Positions 1 to 12,141 of a stretch of 64,000 nucleotides of DNA are shown here, in pieces. Positions within the stretch are counted from its first letter, which is position 1. Each line of letters opens with the position of its first letter. The notes beneath the pieces are model-generated. The model ran no database searches, was not told where the DNA came from, and worked only from the letters and a program-made list of their open reading frames with translations. The DNA comes from Craspedostauros australis (taxonomy: Eukaryota). The translations under genes were made by a program, and so were the position numbers. Location of the stretch: contig JALAGF010002059.1 of NCBI GenBank assembly GCA_030167865.1, positions 1 through 64,000 on the forward strand, in the 5' to 3' direction.

Positions 1-450
1 CACCGCAAAATGGACTGCAACCTGGCACGGCAAATGACACAGAAACGAGACAGCAAGCGCACGCTTGTGAGTTCACAGAAGGATGACCAGGAACCACGAG
101 CAGGTGATTCCTCTATTTGTGTTGGCGATTTGCGTGCATGGAACAGAGACACCGAATGCATGACTGTGGGTGTCGCGCCCGTCGGATGACAACGAAAGCG
201 GGTCCAACGCCGAGAAACACTCGGTGCTGTGTGAAGGACATGAACGACGCAGAAACCAACGCAGAACCAAACGACCACAGTAGGCGCCACCAAAACCAAG
301 GAGCACAAACGCCAACAACAACTCCCATTGGAGTACTATCGATACCACTTGCGTGTTTTTTGCATCGTCCTGACAGCATTGGTCGTATCAGTCTGATGCG
401 GGGAAATGCTCGTGAACAAGTGCATAAAAACAGCCTTTTTTTTTGAGCGA

Positions 451-1000
451 CGACTATTTCCCCTGCTCCCAGGGAAAATGCAGGCGCAGGAAAAGTGCAG
501 TGCATGTGCATGCGCAGGGAAAATGCAGGCGCTGGAAAAGTGCATGTGCATGTGCATGTGCAGTGCAGTGCAGTGCATGTGCATGTGCACGCGCAGTCGA
601 AGTGCATACGCAGTCGAAGTGCATGTGCAGTGCAGTGCATGTGCATGAAAAGTGCGTGTGCATCTGCATGTAAAGTGCATGTGCATGAAAAGTGCATGTG
701 CAGTGCAGTGCATGTGCATGAAAAGTGCGTGTTAATCTGCATGTGAAGTGCATGTGCTCGGAAAGTGCAAGTGCAAGTGCATGTGCATGTGCATGTGCAT
801 GTGCAGTGCAGTACAGTACAGTACAGTGCAGCCGAAGTGCATGTACATGCGCATGTGCAGTCGAAGTCCATGTGGAGTGCGCACAACTGCAACACATGCA
901 TTGCACTTGTGTTGCGCATCCGCCGGACATCCGCTGCACGTGCACTTTGGCTGCGCGTGCGCATCCACTTTCCATGTGCAATGACGCAGCGATCAGACGC
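451..1000. repeat. Complex TGCA-core satellite (GTGCAT / GTGCA / GTACA units) with higher-order duplications
   Basis: Dense runs of gtgcat, cagtg and cagta. Near-duplicate blocks at 470-512 vs 515-552 (cagggaaaatgcaggcgc..ggaaaagtgca) and 641-684 vs 714-757. The overlapping Cys/His/Met-rich ORFs are repeat translations. Confidence 0.9.
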
Positions 1001-1984
1001 GCGGGGCGACACATGCACAACAAATTGCTCGCCGGCGCAGGTCCGTCGCGCACTGTTGGAGCACATCGATAATCGCGTTTGTTGATGCATCATGACCAAC
1101 CAGTTTGCGAATGACATTTATGCTTGTGGCGGAAACAAACGCATGCTTCCATACAAGAATCGTTTTACCCTGTCCTCCAGACCTGTGATGCTTTGCTGAA
1201 ACGAACACGAACTTCAGATGTTGCGCCATTGCTTGGCTGCAAATAGCGCACACCACTATTCCGTTGTCAAGGAACAAGCCCAAACGCGAGCGGAGAAGAG
1301 CAACACTGCAATTGTCGCAAACATGTTATCGTCATCCTCAGGATAAGTATGCACAGGACATTGCTCTTTGTTACCACGTCTGTAACAATGGTGTTCTGCA
1401 TTCACATCCTCCACATCGGGTCTTGCCTTGCATCAGGATGCCAAGTTGAGGCTGAGAACGGGAATGCCAGAACTTTCTCTGTGTGGTGGAAGGAGAAGAG
1501 AGTGCTCGCGCTTCACCACACATTCAGACAGTGCTGGGTATACGGCAATGCAATGAAACAGCACATTTCTTCGCATGCACCTTGAGTACACAGCGTGACA
1601 TTGGTGCGCCGCGATGCGTCAGCACCAACCCCAAAACCGATACGCGGCACCATGAATGCTCATGCTGGCACTCTTCACATTCACATTCTTATCAGAACAC
1701 AGGCGCTGTACTCTTCCACTCTACTGCACTCCCGCATACTCCGTATCTCTCTTCCCTTATGAATACAAGCAAACATCAGACAACCAGGTGTTCGGTCATA
1801 AGTGTAAATAGACCGCTCCACCGTCTTCGAATCACAACTGCTCTGTTCTCCGCATGACGCACTTGGATGCGCACACTTGCTCTGCTTGCAGCAATCCACC
1901 ACCAATGAGTGCCATCTGTGTATCGCGCAACAGCAATCGGATTTGCGAAGAAACGTGCGTGGGCGAAGCGACTAAATGAGAACA

Positions 1985-2049
1985 NNNNNNNNNNNNNNNN
2001 NNNNNNNNNNNNNNNNNNNNNNNNNNNNNNNNNNNNNNNNNNNNNNNNN
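1985..2049. other. Assembly gap (65 N)
   Basis: Run of n characters. Confidence 1.
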
Positions 2050-2720
2050 GCGAAAACAACACGACTTGAACGTGTCTCGGAAATCGCGATACACAAAGTT
2101 GATGGTATCATTGTACAACACATGGAGTAGTCGACATGGTACATGTGAAGTTCATACAAAGCACTACACATGATGCCTAACAGATGCAATGGGACTCGTG
2201 TTGCAGTCCTGGGAATTATAGGAAAACAATAACAGGAAATGCTGACATTTTCCCTACATCCGGGAAAATGTCGTCTATTTCCCCTGCTCCCTGATGACAG
2301 CAGTCTTGTCTCTGTGTGTATCCGCGCGCGAAGGAGGTCTTTTTTCAACTTCGGCAAAAAAACTCACACACACAAAAGTTGGAATTTTCGTGCATTCTTC
2401 GCTTCTTGTGCCCAAAGCGGTGTCCATCGGTCGGCCCATTCTGTAGTTTACCGATCCAAATCTACAGGCATGTATCATAGTTGGAGCATGCAGCTGAAAT
2501 GCAGTTCTACGATCTTTGCACGAACAAGTATCACAAAGCGCCACACATACATGGACATTCTCGCATATACAATAGTATTTGTGCCGTACAAGTATGCATG
2601 ATAAAACATGTATTACGTCATGCTTTGTATTATATAATGTGAACTCGTAATGTATCTTGGCCCACCACCGGTCGCTCCATCGGCACTTTCCTTCCACTCT
2701 ATCCTCACCAACTCTCTGCT

Positions 2721-5237
2721 CTACATCAATTTGCGAATGAACTGGAAGAGAGATTCCTCCGAACTTTTGGGAGACTGGAATTTGTGCTTGCCCGGCACGA
2801 CGCCTTCTTCGTGGATGCGCAGCGCCAACCTCGTGCCCATGTCGATGGCTCTCTTGGCATCCAGCTCTCCCGCCTCGTAGGCACCACCGATCGTGTACAC
2901 CTTCTGCGACAGCTCGCTGCCGGCCGCGCGGTCGTTCAGCTCGCGGTACGGAACCTGCCCGGCGCAAAGGACGATGTTGTCGACCTCCAGGACATGCTGC
3001 TTGCCATCGCGGGTGTAGTGCAGGTTGCCGTTCTCATCGATTCGGTCGTACGACGCGCCGTTGATCATGTCCACATCGCCCATCTTCAGAGTGGCACGGT
3101 GGATCCAGCCGGTCGTGCGTCCCAGACCGGCGCCCACCTTGCCCTTCTTGCGTTGCATCAGATGGATCTGTCGGCGTGGTCGGGTGGGATGGGTGTCAGG
3201 TGCGGTCAACCCGCCTCGGTGGGCTTGGGCAGGATCGACGCCCCACTCCTCCCAGAAATGAGACACGGATACGTCCTTGTGCGTTCTGTCCGTTCCTTCA
3301 TGATGGAGCAGGAACTCCGCGACGTCGAATCCGATGCCGCCGGCGCCAATGATGGCAACCCGCTCTCCGACGGGCTTGTCATGCTTGAGCACGTCGATGT
3401 AGGATAGCACGTTGGGGTGATCCATGCCGGGGATTTTGGGATCCCTTGGAGTGACTCCAGTCGCGACGATCCACTTGTCCACTTTGTTGGCATCGTCACC
3501 TTCCTCTTTCATCTGATCGTAGGATACAGCCGTGTTCAGGCGAACATTGACGTTGCACGCCTTCAGCTTCCTCTCAAAGTACCGCAGCGTTTCGTGGAAT
3601 TCCTCCTTGCCCGGAACACGCTTCGCCATGTGGAACTGACCCCCGATGCGATCTGCCTGATCGTACAGGGTCACGTCATGTCCCATCTCTGCGGCTGCGA
3701 TGGCGAAACCGCACCCCGCCGGGCCGGCGCCGACAACGTTGATCTTCAGCCGCTGATCCTGCGGCAGCACCTCGGTCTTCAGCTCCGTCTCGTGGCATGC
3801 CTTGGGGTTGACAAGGCACGATGCCGTTTTGCCCACGAATGCGTGATCGAGACATGCCTGGTTGCACCCGATGCATGTGTTGATGTCTTCACCTTGGTAT
3901 CGCATCGACTTCTGGAGGAATTCCGGATCCGCCAGCAACGGCCGGGCCATGCTGATCATGTCGCTCGCTTCGTCTTGGAGAACGTCTTCTGCGGTACGTG
4001 GCGCGTTGATGCGGTTGGTGGCGATCAGCGGGACGCTCACGACGTTGGCATCACGCAGTGCCTTCGTCGTGAATGCAAAGGCACCCCGTGGCACGGACGT
4101 CGCGATGGTCGGGACGCGAGATTCGTGCCATCCGATGCCCGTGTTCAGGACGGTCACGCCGGCCTGCTCGAGCAACGTGGCCAACTCGAGCGTTTCGTCC
4201 CATGACATGCCCTTTTCCACGAGCTCAAGCAAGGAAATGCGGAAGATGACGATGAAGTCCGGCGACGTGGCCTTGCGGATGGACTTGACGATGTCAAGCG
4301 GGAACTTGGCGCGGTTCGCAAACGACCCTCCATACATGTCCTTCCTCATGTTGGTGCGCGGTGATAGGAACTGGCTCAGCAGGTACCCCTCGCTGCCCAT
4401 GACTTCCACGCCGTCGTATCCTGCCTGCTGCGCCAGCACAGCGGTCCTGGTGAAATCGTCGACGGTCGTTTGCACTTGGGATACTGACAGCCCCCGAGCC
4501 TTGAAAGGTGAGATGGGGGATTTGGTGGATGATGCGGAGACTGCGAATGGATGGTAGGCATACCGTCCTGTGTGCAAGATCTGCAGGCAGATGCGTGATG
4601 CCACGCTGCTGGCGCCACCACCAATCTCGCGACTCCCAAAGATGGGAACCTGGACCTGGTGCACTGCATCCGTCACGACCTTGTGCAGCATCTGCTCATC
4701 CGTGGTAGTCAGTTTCGCAGCGAACGGGCCGACCCAACCGGCGCGGTTGGGTGCGATACCGCCCGTCACCATGATCCCGACGCCACCTTCCGCTCGGGTT
4801 TGGAAATAGGTCGCCATGCGCTCAAGGTTGTGCTCGTGCGCTTCGCCACCCTCGTGGTTGCCCAACACATACCGATCCATCCATCCCGGAATGGAATGCC
4901 CCTCCAATCCTGTGTGCATGCTCCCCATCAACACGCGGTTTGGAAGAATCCCAGCCGGGCCCAAATCCAAAGGTGTGAAGAGCCGAGGGTATAGCTGATG
5001 CGGCTCAAGGGTCATGTTGGATGGCACATGATGCGCATTCGCATTGCTTGGATCGTACTCGTACGGATGACACGTCTGGGAATCATCGTGCGGTTGCAAC
5101 ACAGCCGCAGAGCTCAATGGGCGGCTGCACTTGCTCCCAAGTGTGCCTGCCTCCCTGCTCGCGCCGTCGTTGAGAATCGAACGACGTCCGAAGGAACCTA
5201 GCGCGGCTCGTCGCAATCGCATGGCTTGACGGTTCAT
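2721..5237 (-). CDS. fadH: NADPH-dependent 2,4-dienoyl-CoA reductase, bacterial FadH type (OYE barrel + 4Fe-4S + FAD/NADPH domains), probable mitochondrial presequence
   Basis: Intronless 838 aa ORF. Motifs NRVLMGSMHTGLE, QILHTGRYAYHP, MGSEGYLLSQFL, GIGWHESRVPTIAT, CIGCNQACLDH..CLVNP (Fe-S), GAGPAG, GAGGIGFDVAE, GRTTGWIHR, ELDAKRAI. Arg/Ser-rich N-terminus. Confidence 0.95.
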   Translation of the reverse strand: MNRQAMRLRRAALGSFGRRSILNDGASREAGTLGSKCSRPLSSAAVLQPHDDSQTCHPYEYDPSNANAHHVPSNMTLEPHQLYPRLFTPLDLGPAGILPNRVLMGSMHTGLEGHSIPGWMDRYVLGNHEGGEAHEHNLERMATYFQTRAEGGVGIMVTGGIAPNRAGWVGPFAAKLTTTDEQMLHKVVTDAVHQVQVPIFGSREIGGGASSVASRICLQILHTGRYAYHPFAVSASSTKSPISPFKARGLSVSQVQTTVDDFTRTAVLAQQAGYDGVEVMGSEGYLLSQFLSPRTNMRKDMYGGSFANRAKFPLDIVKSIRKATSPDFIVIFRISLLELVEKGMSWDETLELATLLEQAGVTVLNTGIGWHESRVPTIATSVPRGAFAFTTKALRDANVVSVPLIATNRINAPRTAEDVLQDEASDMISMARPLLADPEFLQKSMRYQGEDINTCIGCNQACLDHAFVGKTASCLVNPKACHETELKTEVLPQDQRLKINVVGAGPAGCGFAIAAAEMGHDVTLYDQADRIGGQFHMAKRVPGKEEFHETLRYFERKLKACNVNVRLNTAVSYDQMKEEGDDANKVDKWIVATGVTPRDPKIPGMDHPNVLSYIDVLKHDKPVGERVAIIGAGGIGFDVAEFLLHHEGTDRTHKDVSVSHFWEEWGVDPAQAHRGGLTAPDTHPTRPRRQIHLMQRKKGKVGAGLGRTTGWIHRATLKMGDVDMINGASYDRIDENGNLHYTRDGKQHVLEVDNIVLCAGQVPYRELNDRAAGSELSQKVYTIGGAYEAGELDAKRAIDMGTRLALRIHEEGVVPGKHKFQSPKSSEESLFQFIRKLM

Positions 5238-6187
5238 GACTATGAGTTCCGTTTGGTACTGTTGTTGCTGTTTGGTGTTTGGTGTTTGGTATACGATTTG
5301 TGAGTTCGCGTCGCGCGTTGTCGTTTCCTTCTTCCTTGCTATTATGCTATGCAGGAGAATTGCTTCCGTCGTGATGATGTTTGAACTTGTGATTCGATGT
5401 TGATTTTATGCTCCTCATCTTTGTGCCTCCTTGCTTCCTTTCTGTCTTCTTTGTCTTCCTTTTGGTTCCATCATCATTGTCCAGGATTGACACCCCCAGG
5501 CTGATTTGGCCATTGATGGGCGAAGGGGGTTGTCAATGACGCATTTTCAAGTTCGGATGCTGTCTCCTCACGACATCACTGGTGTTGTTGGTGTCGTTGC
5601 GATGAATGTGGTTGCTGCTTCGCTGCCATCGTCGCCCGTTGTCGTGGCTGGTTGTTGGTGTTGTTGTTGCGTCACTGACACCAGAAACTGATGGGGCGAT
5701 GCTCGTGTGAGAACATTGACATCACGAACAAACACGACTTGAATGGCCGATTGCCTTCGTCCGACCAGTACGACTTGTGTGTGCGAACACAAGGAAAGGG
5801 ATTGATCGTGTCCGAATCACGAATTAAATGACATTCGAATCAAGAGGAACGGAGACCAACAGAGTCCTGGCACTCTTGCTTGATAATAATACATATTAAT
5901 AGCATACGACTTATTATAATAGATACGAGTGCAACGTGCCAAGCACCCATGCGTTAGCATCACTCCGGGAACTGTGACATGGAATGTAAAAGAGGTGCCA
6001 GATGATTGGCATTTCTATTGTATCGCTTCAGTCCGGCTGGTAAGCCTTTCCTGTTGGTTGATGCTTCCCTCTCACAAATCATGTTTCGCTGATTGGCGGG
6101 TCTCTCCGGTGAGGACTTCGTTGTGGTTGTCGAAAAGACAGCCCTGATTGATACCGACAAGTACGAGCAACGAATGAGCATTTAGGC

Positions 6188-7213
6188 CTAATCCGCCATG
6201 GCGCTCTTTGGACTTCCGACTGCTTCGCAAGCAGAGGTGTTGATGCTCAGACATCGAAAGGCCGAGCAGCAACTTGTTCTGTCATCGTCGACGTCGCCAT
6301 GACCATTCATGACGGATGCAGAGGCATCAGTAACATCGCTGTTCTCGAGCTTCATCTTCATGAATGCGCGATACCGCTGAAGGTGATCTTGCGCTTTGCA
6401 AATCATCTCATCCCATGGTTGACTCGGCAATCGTTCGATCGGCAACTTGTCGAATGCATCCACGAGCCTCGCATGGAAGAAGACATCCTTGGCAACCTGC
6501 GGCAATCGTTCTGAAAATGATATTGGTGCCGGTGCTGTCAGTGCTGATGTTGGAGTCATGAAGGCGATAGAATTGCCGCAGCATTTGAAGCTGGCAATGG
6601 TTTGATTGCGAACCTGCTTGATTTCTTGCACCAGCTGACGCAGGAGGGTGTACTTGTTTTGTCCCAAGAGCTTGCGCAAGACAGCGGATCGATTGCGCTT
6701 GCTCTTGGTGACCATCCGTCGGTTCAGTTTGGTGATGAGCAGCGTTTGCAGCCTTTCATCGATGGTGTGCGGATCGGGCGAGTAGTAGTGATCCTGGCAA
6801 TGCTGCTGCTGGTGAGTTCTGTAGAGCAGTTCTTCCAACCGCTGGGAAACCTTCATCAAGGTCTGCGGATCATCGAGGGTGGGGTGCGGATTGCAACCCG
6901 CTTGACGCTGCCGTTGCTGTTGCGCCTGTAATCTTGCGAGGATCGCTTTCATCATGATGGCTCGTTGTCGCGCAACGGTTGCCTTTGTTGACAATGCAGT
7001 TGCTGGTGCGATCGCTGTTTCCGATGACAACTGAGGCAAGTGCTGTAGGCCATGGTCTTCGTGTTGATGGGAAGGTGATGCGGCGTTTCTGTCGCAGCTG
7101 TGGCTGGCTCTGGCGTCTCGTGTCCTATCCGGTTTTCTGTTGTGTGTGGCCACCGGCTTTGGTATTTGTACGTGTGCTTCCAGGAGTGCTCGCACGATGT
7201 GGTTGCTGGTCAT
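6188..7213 (-). CDS. Hypothetical protein with KIX-like (Med15/CBP coactivator) helical domain
   Basis: 341 aa ATG-initiated ORF. RAIMMKAILARL...KVSQRLEELLYR...Y..P.TIDERLQ resembles plant/stramenopile KIX domains. Confidence 0.6.
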   Translation of the reverse strand: MTSNHIVRALLEAHVQIPKPVATHNRKPDRTRDARASHSCDRNAASPSHQHEDHGLQHLPQLSSETAIAPATALSTKATVARQRAIMMKAILARLQAQQQRQRQAGCNPHPTLDDPQTLMKVSQRLEELLYRTHQQQHCQDHYYSPDPHTIDERLQTLLITKLNRRMVTKSKRNRSAVLRKLLGQNKYTLLRQLVQEIKQVRNQTIASFKCCGNSIAFMTPTSALTAPAPISFSERLPQVAKDVFFHARLVDAFDKLPIERLPSQPWDEMICKAQDHLQRYRAFMKMKLENSDVTDASASVMNGHGDVDDDRTSCCSAFRCLSINTSACEAVGSPKSAMAD

Positions 7214-7926
7214 GGTTGGTTTGATGGACGCCTGCCGTCGTTGCCAGTCTCCGTCGTGGTGTCTCAGCTGATGTCGATGAAGGTATCAGCAGAGCATCGA
7301 CATCGACTGCTGTGCAAATGATGGTGAATGTGGCGGCGACGGTGTTGGTGGATGTGTCAGTGGCGGATGTGTTGGCGGCGGAAACGAGGCTTTGTTTTTC
7401 CCATTTGGCCTTGTGCGGATGGCCATGTTGTCGCCACAAGCCCACCACAGAGTCAAAGTTCTCTTGGGTTTGTTTTGGTTGTTCCAGTTCTCGTGTCGGC
7501 GAAGTTGTTGTGACTTCGATTCCGACACTCTCCAAGCTACTTCGGATGGCCTTCAGCATCTTCAATAATAGGCCACTTCGGCGTGGCGCGAAAATGCTGC
7601 TGAGTTCGAATGGCCGCATTTCCGCAGGCCATTCCGAAAGGTCTTTTGTCTTTTTCCGAATTTGGCCTATCGCGGTGTCAAACGAACGAAGCTCCGTCTT
7701 CGAAGAAGGACACCCTTGTGTGACATCAAAGATACGGTTGGTGGGAGTGCCCAGCACAACAGGAGATCTTTGTTGCAGCGACATGGTGAGGCGCAGCACA
7801 ACCTGATGGAATACTTTGCAAGCACACCACCAGAAACACGCCGCGTCGTTGTTGTGACGAGCAACGTATGAGAGAGAGAGAGAGAGAGAGTTGCCCCTGC
7901 ACCAACCAGTTCTTTCCCCATACCAA

Positions 7927-10202
7927 ATGATGGAGAATACCTTGAGACAGCGCCGGAACCATGGTGAGACATCAGGCACAGCTATTGGCTCTCCTGCTGC
8001 CACTGCTGGTGGTGGCGATGCCTCATTCTTCGGTCAACATGATGAACGTGCAGGCAACTGGAACAGACCGAACAAGAGAAGCTCCCCTTCGAAGACTCCC
8101 AGCAACGTGGTGGAGTCCGCATCAGCCTCAGCAATACCAACGCAAACGCAAACGAAGACGATCAAGGCAACGAAAAGCAATCGGTCCAGCAGGGCAACCA
8201 AACGAAAGATCAACTCCAGGAGCAGCCAGGCGGCGACACATTATACAGGACCCAGCTACGTCGTCGCTAAGTGGATGATCCTCCGATTGCTTGGTGTCAT
8301 CTACTTGCTGGCTTTCTTGGGTGCGCACTACCAAAACAAAGGACTGATGGGAAAAGACGGTCTCATCCCTGCCACTCGCTTCATGGATCAGGTCTCCAAA
8401 CAGCACGCCACACCATGGCAAGGATTCATGCAGCATCCCACGTTGTTCTGGTTCTTCGATATCCATGATGACGCTGCGTTCGATGTCGTGCACAAGGCCG
8501 GAATAGGACTCTCTGCTTTGGTGGTGCTGGGACAGGATTCCATGATCTTCATGTCCGTGCTGTGGTTGCTGCACTTCACCATCGTCACCGGCGCCGGCGC
8601 CACCAGCTTTTATGCGTACGGATGGGAGAGCCAGATACTGGAGACCGGCTTCTTGGCTATCTTCCTCTGTGACGTCTTCCCACGAATACCCTTCGTCAAC
8701 AGGTCCACTTCATTCAAATCCAAACCGTCCGAGATCATTCTCTGGCTCTTCCGATGGCTTTGCTTTCGCATCTCCATCGGCGCAGGGCTCATCAAGATTC
8801 GTGGGGATTCCTGTTGGACGGACAAAACCTGCTTGTTCTATCATTTTGAGACGCAGCCCATCCCATCACCGCTCAGTTTCATCTTCCATTTTCTGCCAAA
8901 GTGGATGCTCTCGCGTGCAGTGGACTTGGATTTGTTCGTTCAGGTGTACACAAGTTGGATGGTGCTGCTGGTGTCGACAGCCAAGCTATTTCCGAATCGC
9001 AACAATGGCAACACGAGGAATATGATGAGCACCAAAGCAGCCAAAGCAGCGCTTGATACAATATCAACGAACATGCTGAGGATGGGCGGCATTATCCAAG
9101 CTGGGTTCATGATCAATATCATCCTATCCGGCAATTTCGCATTCCTCAATCATCTCACCATCATCCCGGCCCTTGCTTGCTTGGACGATGCGTGCTGGCC
9201 ACGAGCACTGCAACTATATGCCTGGGGCCGCACGGACTTCGAGGACACCAAATGGTATTCAGCCCGTACCATGATCCATATCGCCGTGTTGGGTCTCATC
9301 GGATCATTGTCCTGGCCTGTCATCGACAATCTATTTCAACTCAGCAACCGCCATCAGGTCATGAACGCCAGCTTCGATCGTTTCCGCTTGGTCAATACGT
9401 ATGGTGCGTTCGGCAGCGTCGGCAAGGCCAGGTACGAACCCATCCTTTCCGTCAGCTACGATGGCATCCAGTGGATTGAGCTCGAATTCCCATGCAAACC
9501 AGGCTCCGTCACGCGCCGGCCCTGTTTCTGTGCGCCGTACCATTACCGGTTGGATTGGAATATTTGGTTCATCGGATTCAAGCCGCACAAACGAATGTTG
9601 CATGGGCGGGAGAAGTGGCTGTTCACGCTCATCGCGAAACTATTGGAGAACGGCAAGGACATTTCCGAACGCCCATGGCTGGATTTGTTAGACATCACAT
9701 CAGCGAACATGCTGACCTCCAATTACGTCGGCGACGGCCGAGCAGGCAGTGGCAGAAATCCAAAGTACGCCAAAGTTGACATGTAAGTTATCGCATGTGT
9801 ATCTTGACAGGAACAGACGATTATGTGTTCTGCCGTATTGGCCCTGTCAGACACATGCTGGTGTGTCCATCGCTGCACTTCTCTACCATTTTGTATTCTG
9901 GTACATGGAACTGACTCATCATGATCATGCGTCCATGCGCCATCTTTTTCTGTCTCTCTCTCTCTCTCGAACAAACGGACAATTGAATTACCCTTGCAAT
10001 CTATAGGTATCACTACGAGATGGCGGCGCCGTTGTGGGAAATCCTCGCAAGTTATGTCAAGAACAATGGCGAGGCTGTTTGGTGGAACCGAACGTACGAA
10101 GAGCAATTACTTGCACCTGTCCAGCTGAACAGCCACATCGGTGGTCACATCAATCTGGGCCTGGCCAATCTTCCATCAATTCCTCCTCTGCCTCCGCATT
10201 AG
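7927..10202 (+). CDS. LMF1: Lipase maturation factor (LMF1/LMF2) family membrane protein; exons 7927-9782 and 10007-10202
   Basis: Motifs LRLLGVIYLLAF, GLMGKDGLIP, YGWESQILETGFL, GAGLIKIRGD..W, YHFETQPIP, SGNFAFLNHLT, VNTYGAFG, CKPG, PYHYRLDW. Intron GTAAGT(9783)..TAG(10006) restores KVDMYHYEM. Confidence 0.92.
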
Positions 10203-10584
10203 AATGCTCGTAGCTCGTACATAGGCATGCTCGTACGATCTATTACATGAGTAAGCAAGAGTATTTCTTGAGATTGGAAGATGCTTCTCTCTCGCTTTGT
10301 ATGTCAGCGTCCAAGCTGGTAGCAGTTGATCCACTCGACTAAAACGAGTTTTGTCATTTTCGGAATTTGGAAATCTCGGGAAGATTCTCGCAGCGACGAC
10401 GGCGAAACCAGCCAACAACGCCAATGCTCTCCCTCGACGATTCGTGTGGATACGACCTCCACAAGGAACAATCACAACATCCGCCAATTGTCGGCGCCAT
10501 TCATCATCGGTGCCACCCATAACTCGCACGGTTTTGTTGAGACAGCAAGCAGCGGCAGCCCTACGCCATAAACAGAGAGACAAG

Positions 10585-12141
10585 ATGGACTTGCTGGGTG
10601 ATCTCGGTGCATCCGACCAGCTGACTTCAAGTACGTTCAGCTCCGTGGTTCATTGCTTCGGTGGATCATTTGGTATCGTACATGGTTGTGGAGTTGGCAT
10701 TGCAGTTGGCATCAAAGCTATCGCACTACATAATAATTGTCGCGTTCTTCTCTCCACATCCCACTCTTCCGAGGCCTCACTCAACCTTGCTCGTTTCCTT
10801 ACCGTCCCTCAAATACAATGCTTGTCTGGCTCCATTCTCCACATATAATATTCTATTCTACAATATTATACTACATTACATCTGCACATAACTCCATCAG
10901 CCCGCGCGGAGAATGCCGTGCTGAAGGAACGCGTCAAGAAGTTGGAATCGCAATGCAAGATCTTGACGGTGGAGAATGAATCCTTGAAGGCAGAAGTCGA
11001 GATGTATCGCAACGATGCCGCCAACAACGCTTCGTCGGATGGCGGTGGTACGAAGGCGTCGCAAGCAGGAGATGAGGTATCCGCAGATGCTCACGAGGAC
11101 TTCGTGGTGTCCGGTGACGGCGTCTACACGTCATCGTGTGAATTGACGTTGGAAGATCTGCATGGAAGCTCCAACATCCTGTCGTGTTCGTTGTCGCATG
11201 ATGACACCGTGCTGGCGACGGGTGGTGCGGACAGCTGCGTCGCGCTGTGCCAATGGGGCGCGGGGCTGTCCGACGTGGATCTGGTCAAGCCCATCAAGGT
11301 GGATTGCGGAGCACCAGTCATCGCGATGGACTTTGGACGCAAGAGCAGATTTTCCGTGATCGCCGCTGGTTGCATGGATGGTTCGGTGCATCTCATTCAG
11401 TACAAGACACCTCTGTCTGGATTGGAAGCGGAGGAAGTGTGCGCCGGCACCATCAAGCATGCGAAGTACGTCAAGCTGATTTCGTGGTTGGCAAATGATA
11501 CGCTCGTCGCGACGGCGGCTGCGGATGGAAGCGTGCAGATCCACAAGGTGACAGTCGGATTCGAACCCAGCGAGACCAACATCGAGAAGGTTCAGTCGTT
11601 ACAACTCCCCGGTCCCATCGAAGCCATGTGCTTCGTCCGCCGCAATTTGTGCTGCTACGCTCGTGGATCGCCGTGCCTGAATTTCTTCGGCCTCGACGAC
11701 GGGTACAAGCAACGCAAGCTCAATCTCAACCAAGGCGTGCAGGGCGCCGCCAACTTCGACGAGCATGTTTCGTACTGCGTCATGGACATGTCGGTCTCCC
11801 CCAAGGACGACAAGTACCTGGCGTTGGCCACGGATACCTCCCGCAACATCATCTTGGACTGGGAGACGGGACGGCAGGCCCGCAATTTGTACGGCCACAC
11901 CAACGACGGCTACTCCAATCCCAAATTGGCATGGTCCCACAACGGCCAGTACTTGATCGGCAACACGCAAGCTGAATCCAGCGCCTGCGTGTGGGACATT
12001 GCCAGTTCCTCCATCACGAACCACCTTTCGGGCCACACCAACCTTGTGCGCGACATGTACTCGAGTCCCTCCACAGACACTCTCATCACGACGTCCTTTG
12101 ATCGCAAGACCAAGATATGGATGACGCCTGTTGCGCCATGA
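10585..12141 (+). CDS. WD40-repeat protein with N-terminal coiled coil; exons 10585-10630 and 10901-12141
   Basis: Repeats ATGGADSCVALCQW, AGCMDGSVHL, TAAADGSVQIH, LYGHT, CVWDI, LSGHT..VRDM, TTSFDRKTKIW. Heptad LKERVKKLESQCKILTVENESLK. Intron GTACGT(10631)..CAG(10900) keeps the frame. Confidence 0.88.

Larger units (their letters stand above)
451..2293. mobile_element. Possible degenerate DNA transposon remnant (hAT-like end)
   Basis: Identical 17-mer ctatttcccctgctccc at 454-470 and 2275-2291. The second copy ends ...ccctg (reverse complement CAGGG, typical of hAT termini). Repeated GGGAAAATG motifs; only short broken ORFs; no transposase recognised. Confidence 0.3.

Noticed and set aside
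470-880. CRISPR-like repeat-spacer array
   Set aside because: No constant repeat with unique spacers, no cas genes, and a eukaryotic context.
113-1117. Cys/His-rich ORFs resembling metallothionein or metal-binding proteins
   Set aside because: They are translations of the TGCA satellite, open in many frames on both strands.
993-1600. Transposase fragments (CxxC and WWK words suggestive of BED or hAT domains)
   Set aside because: Motifs are too short, on different strands and in the wrong order to support a call.
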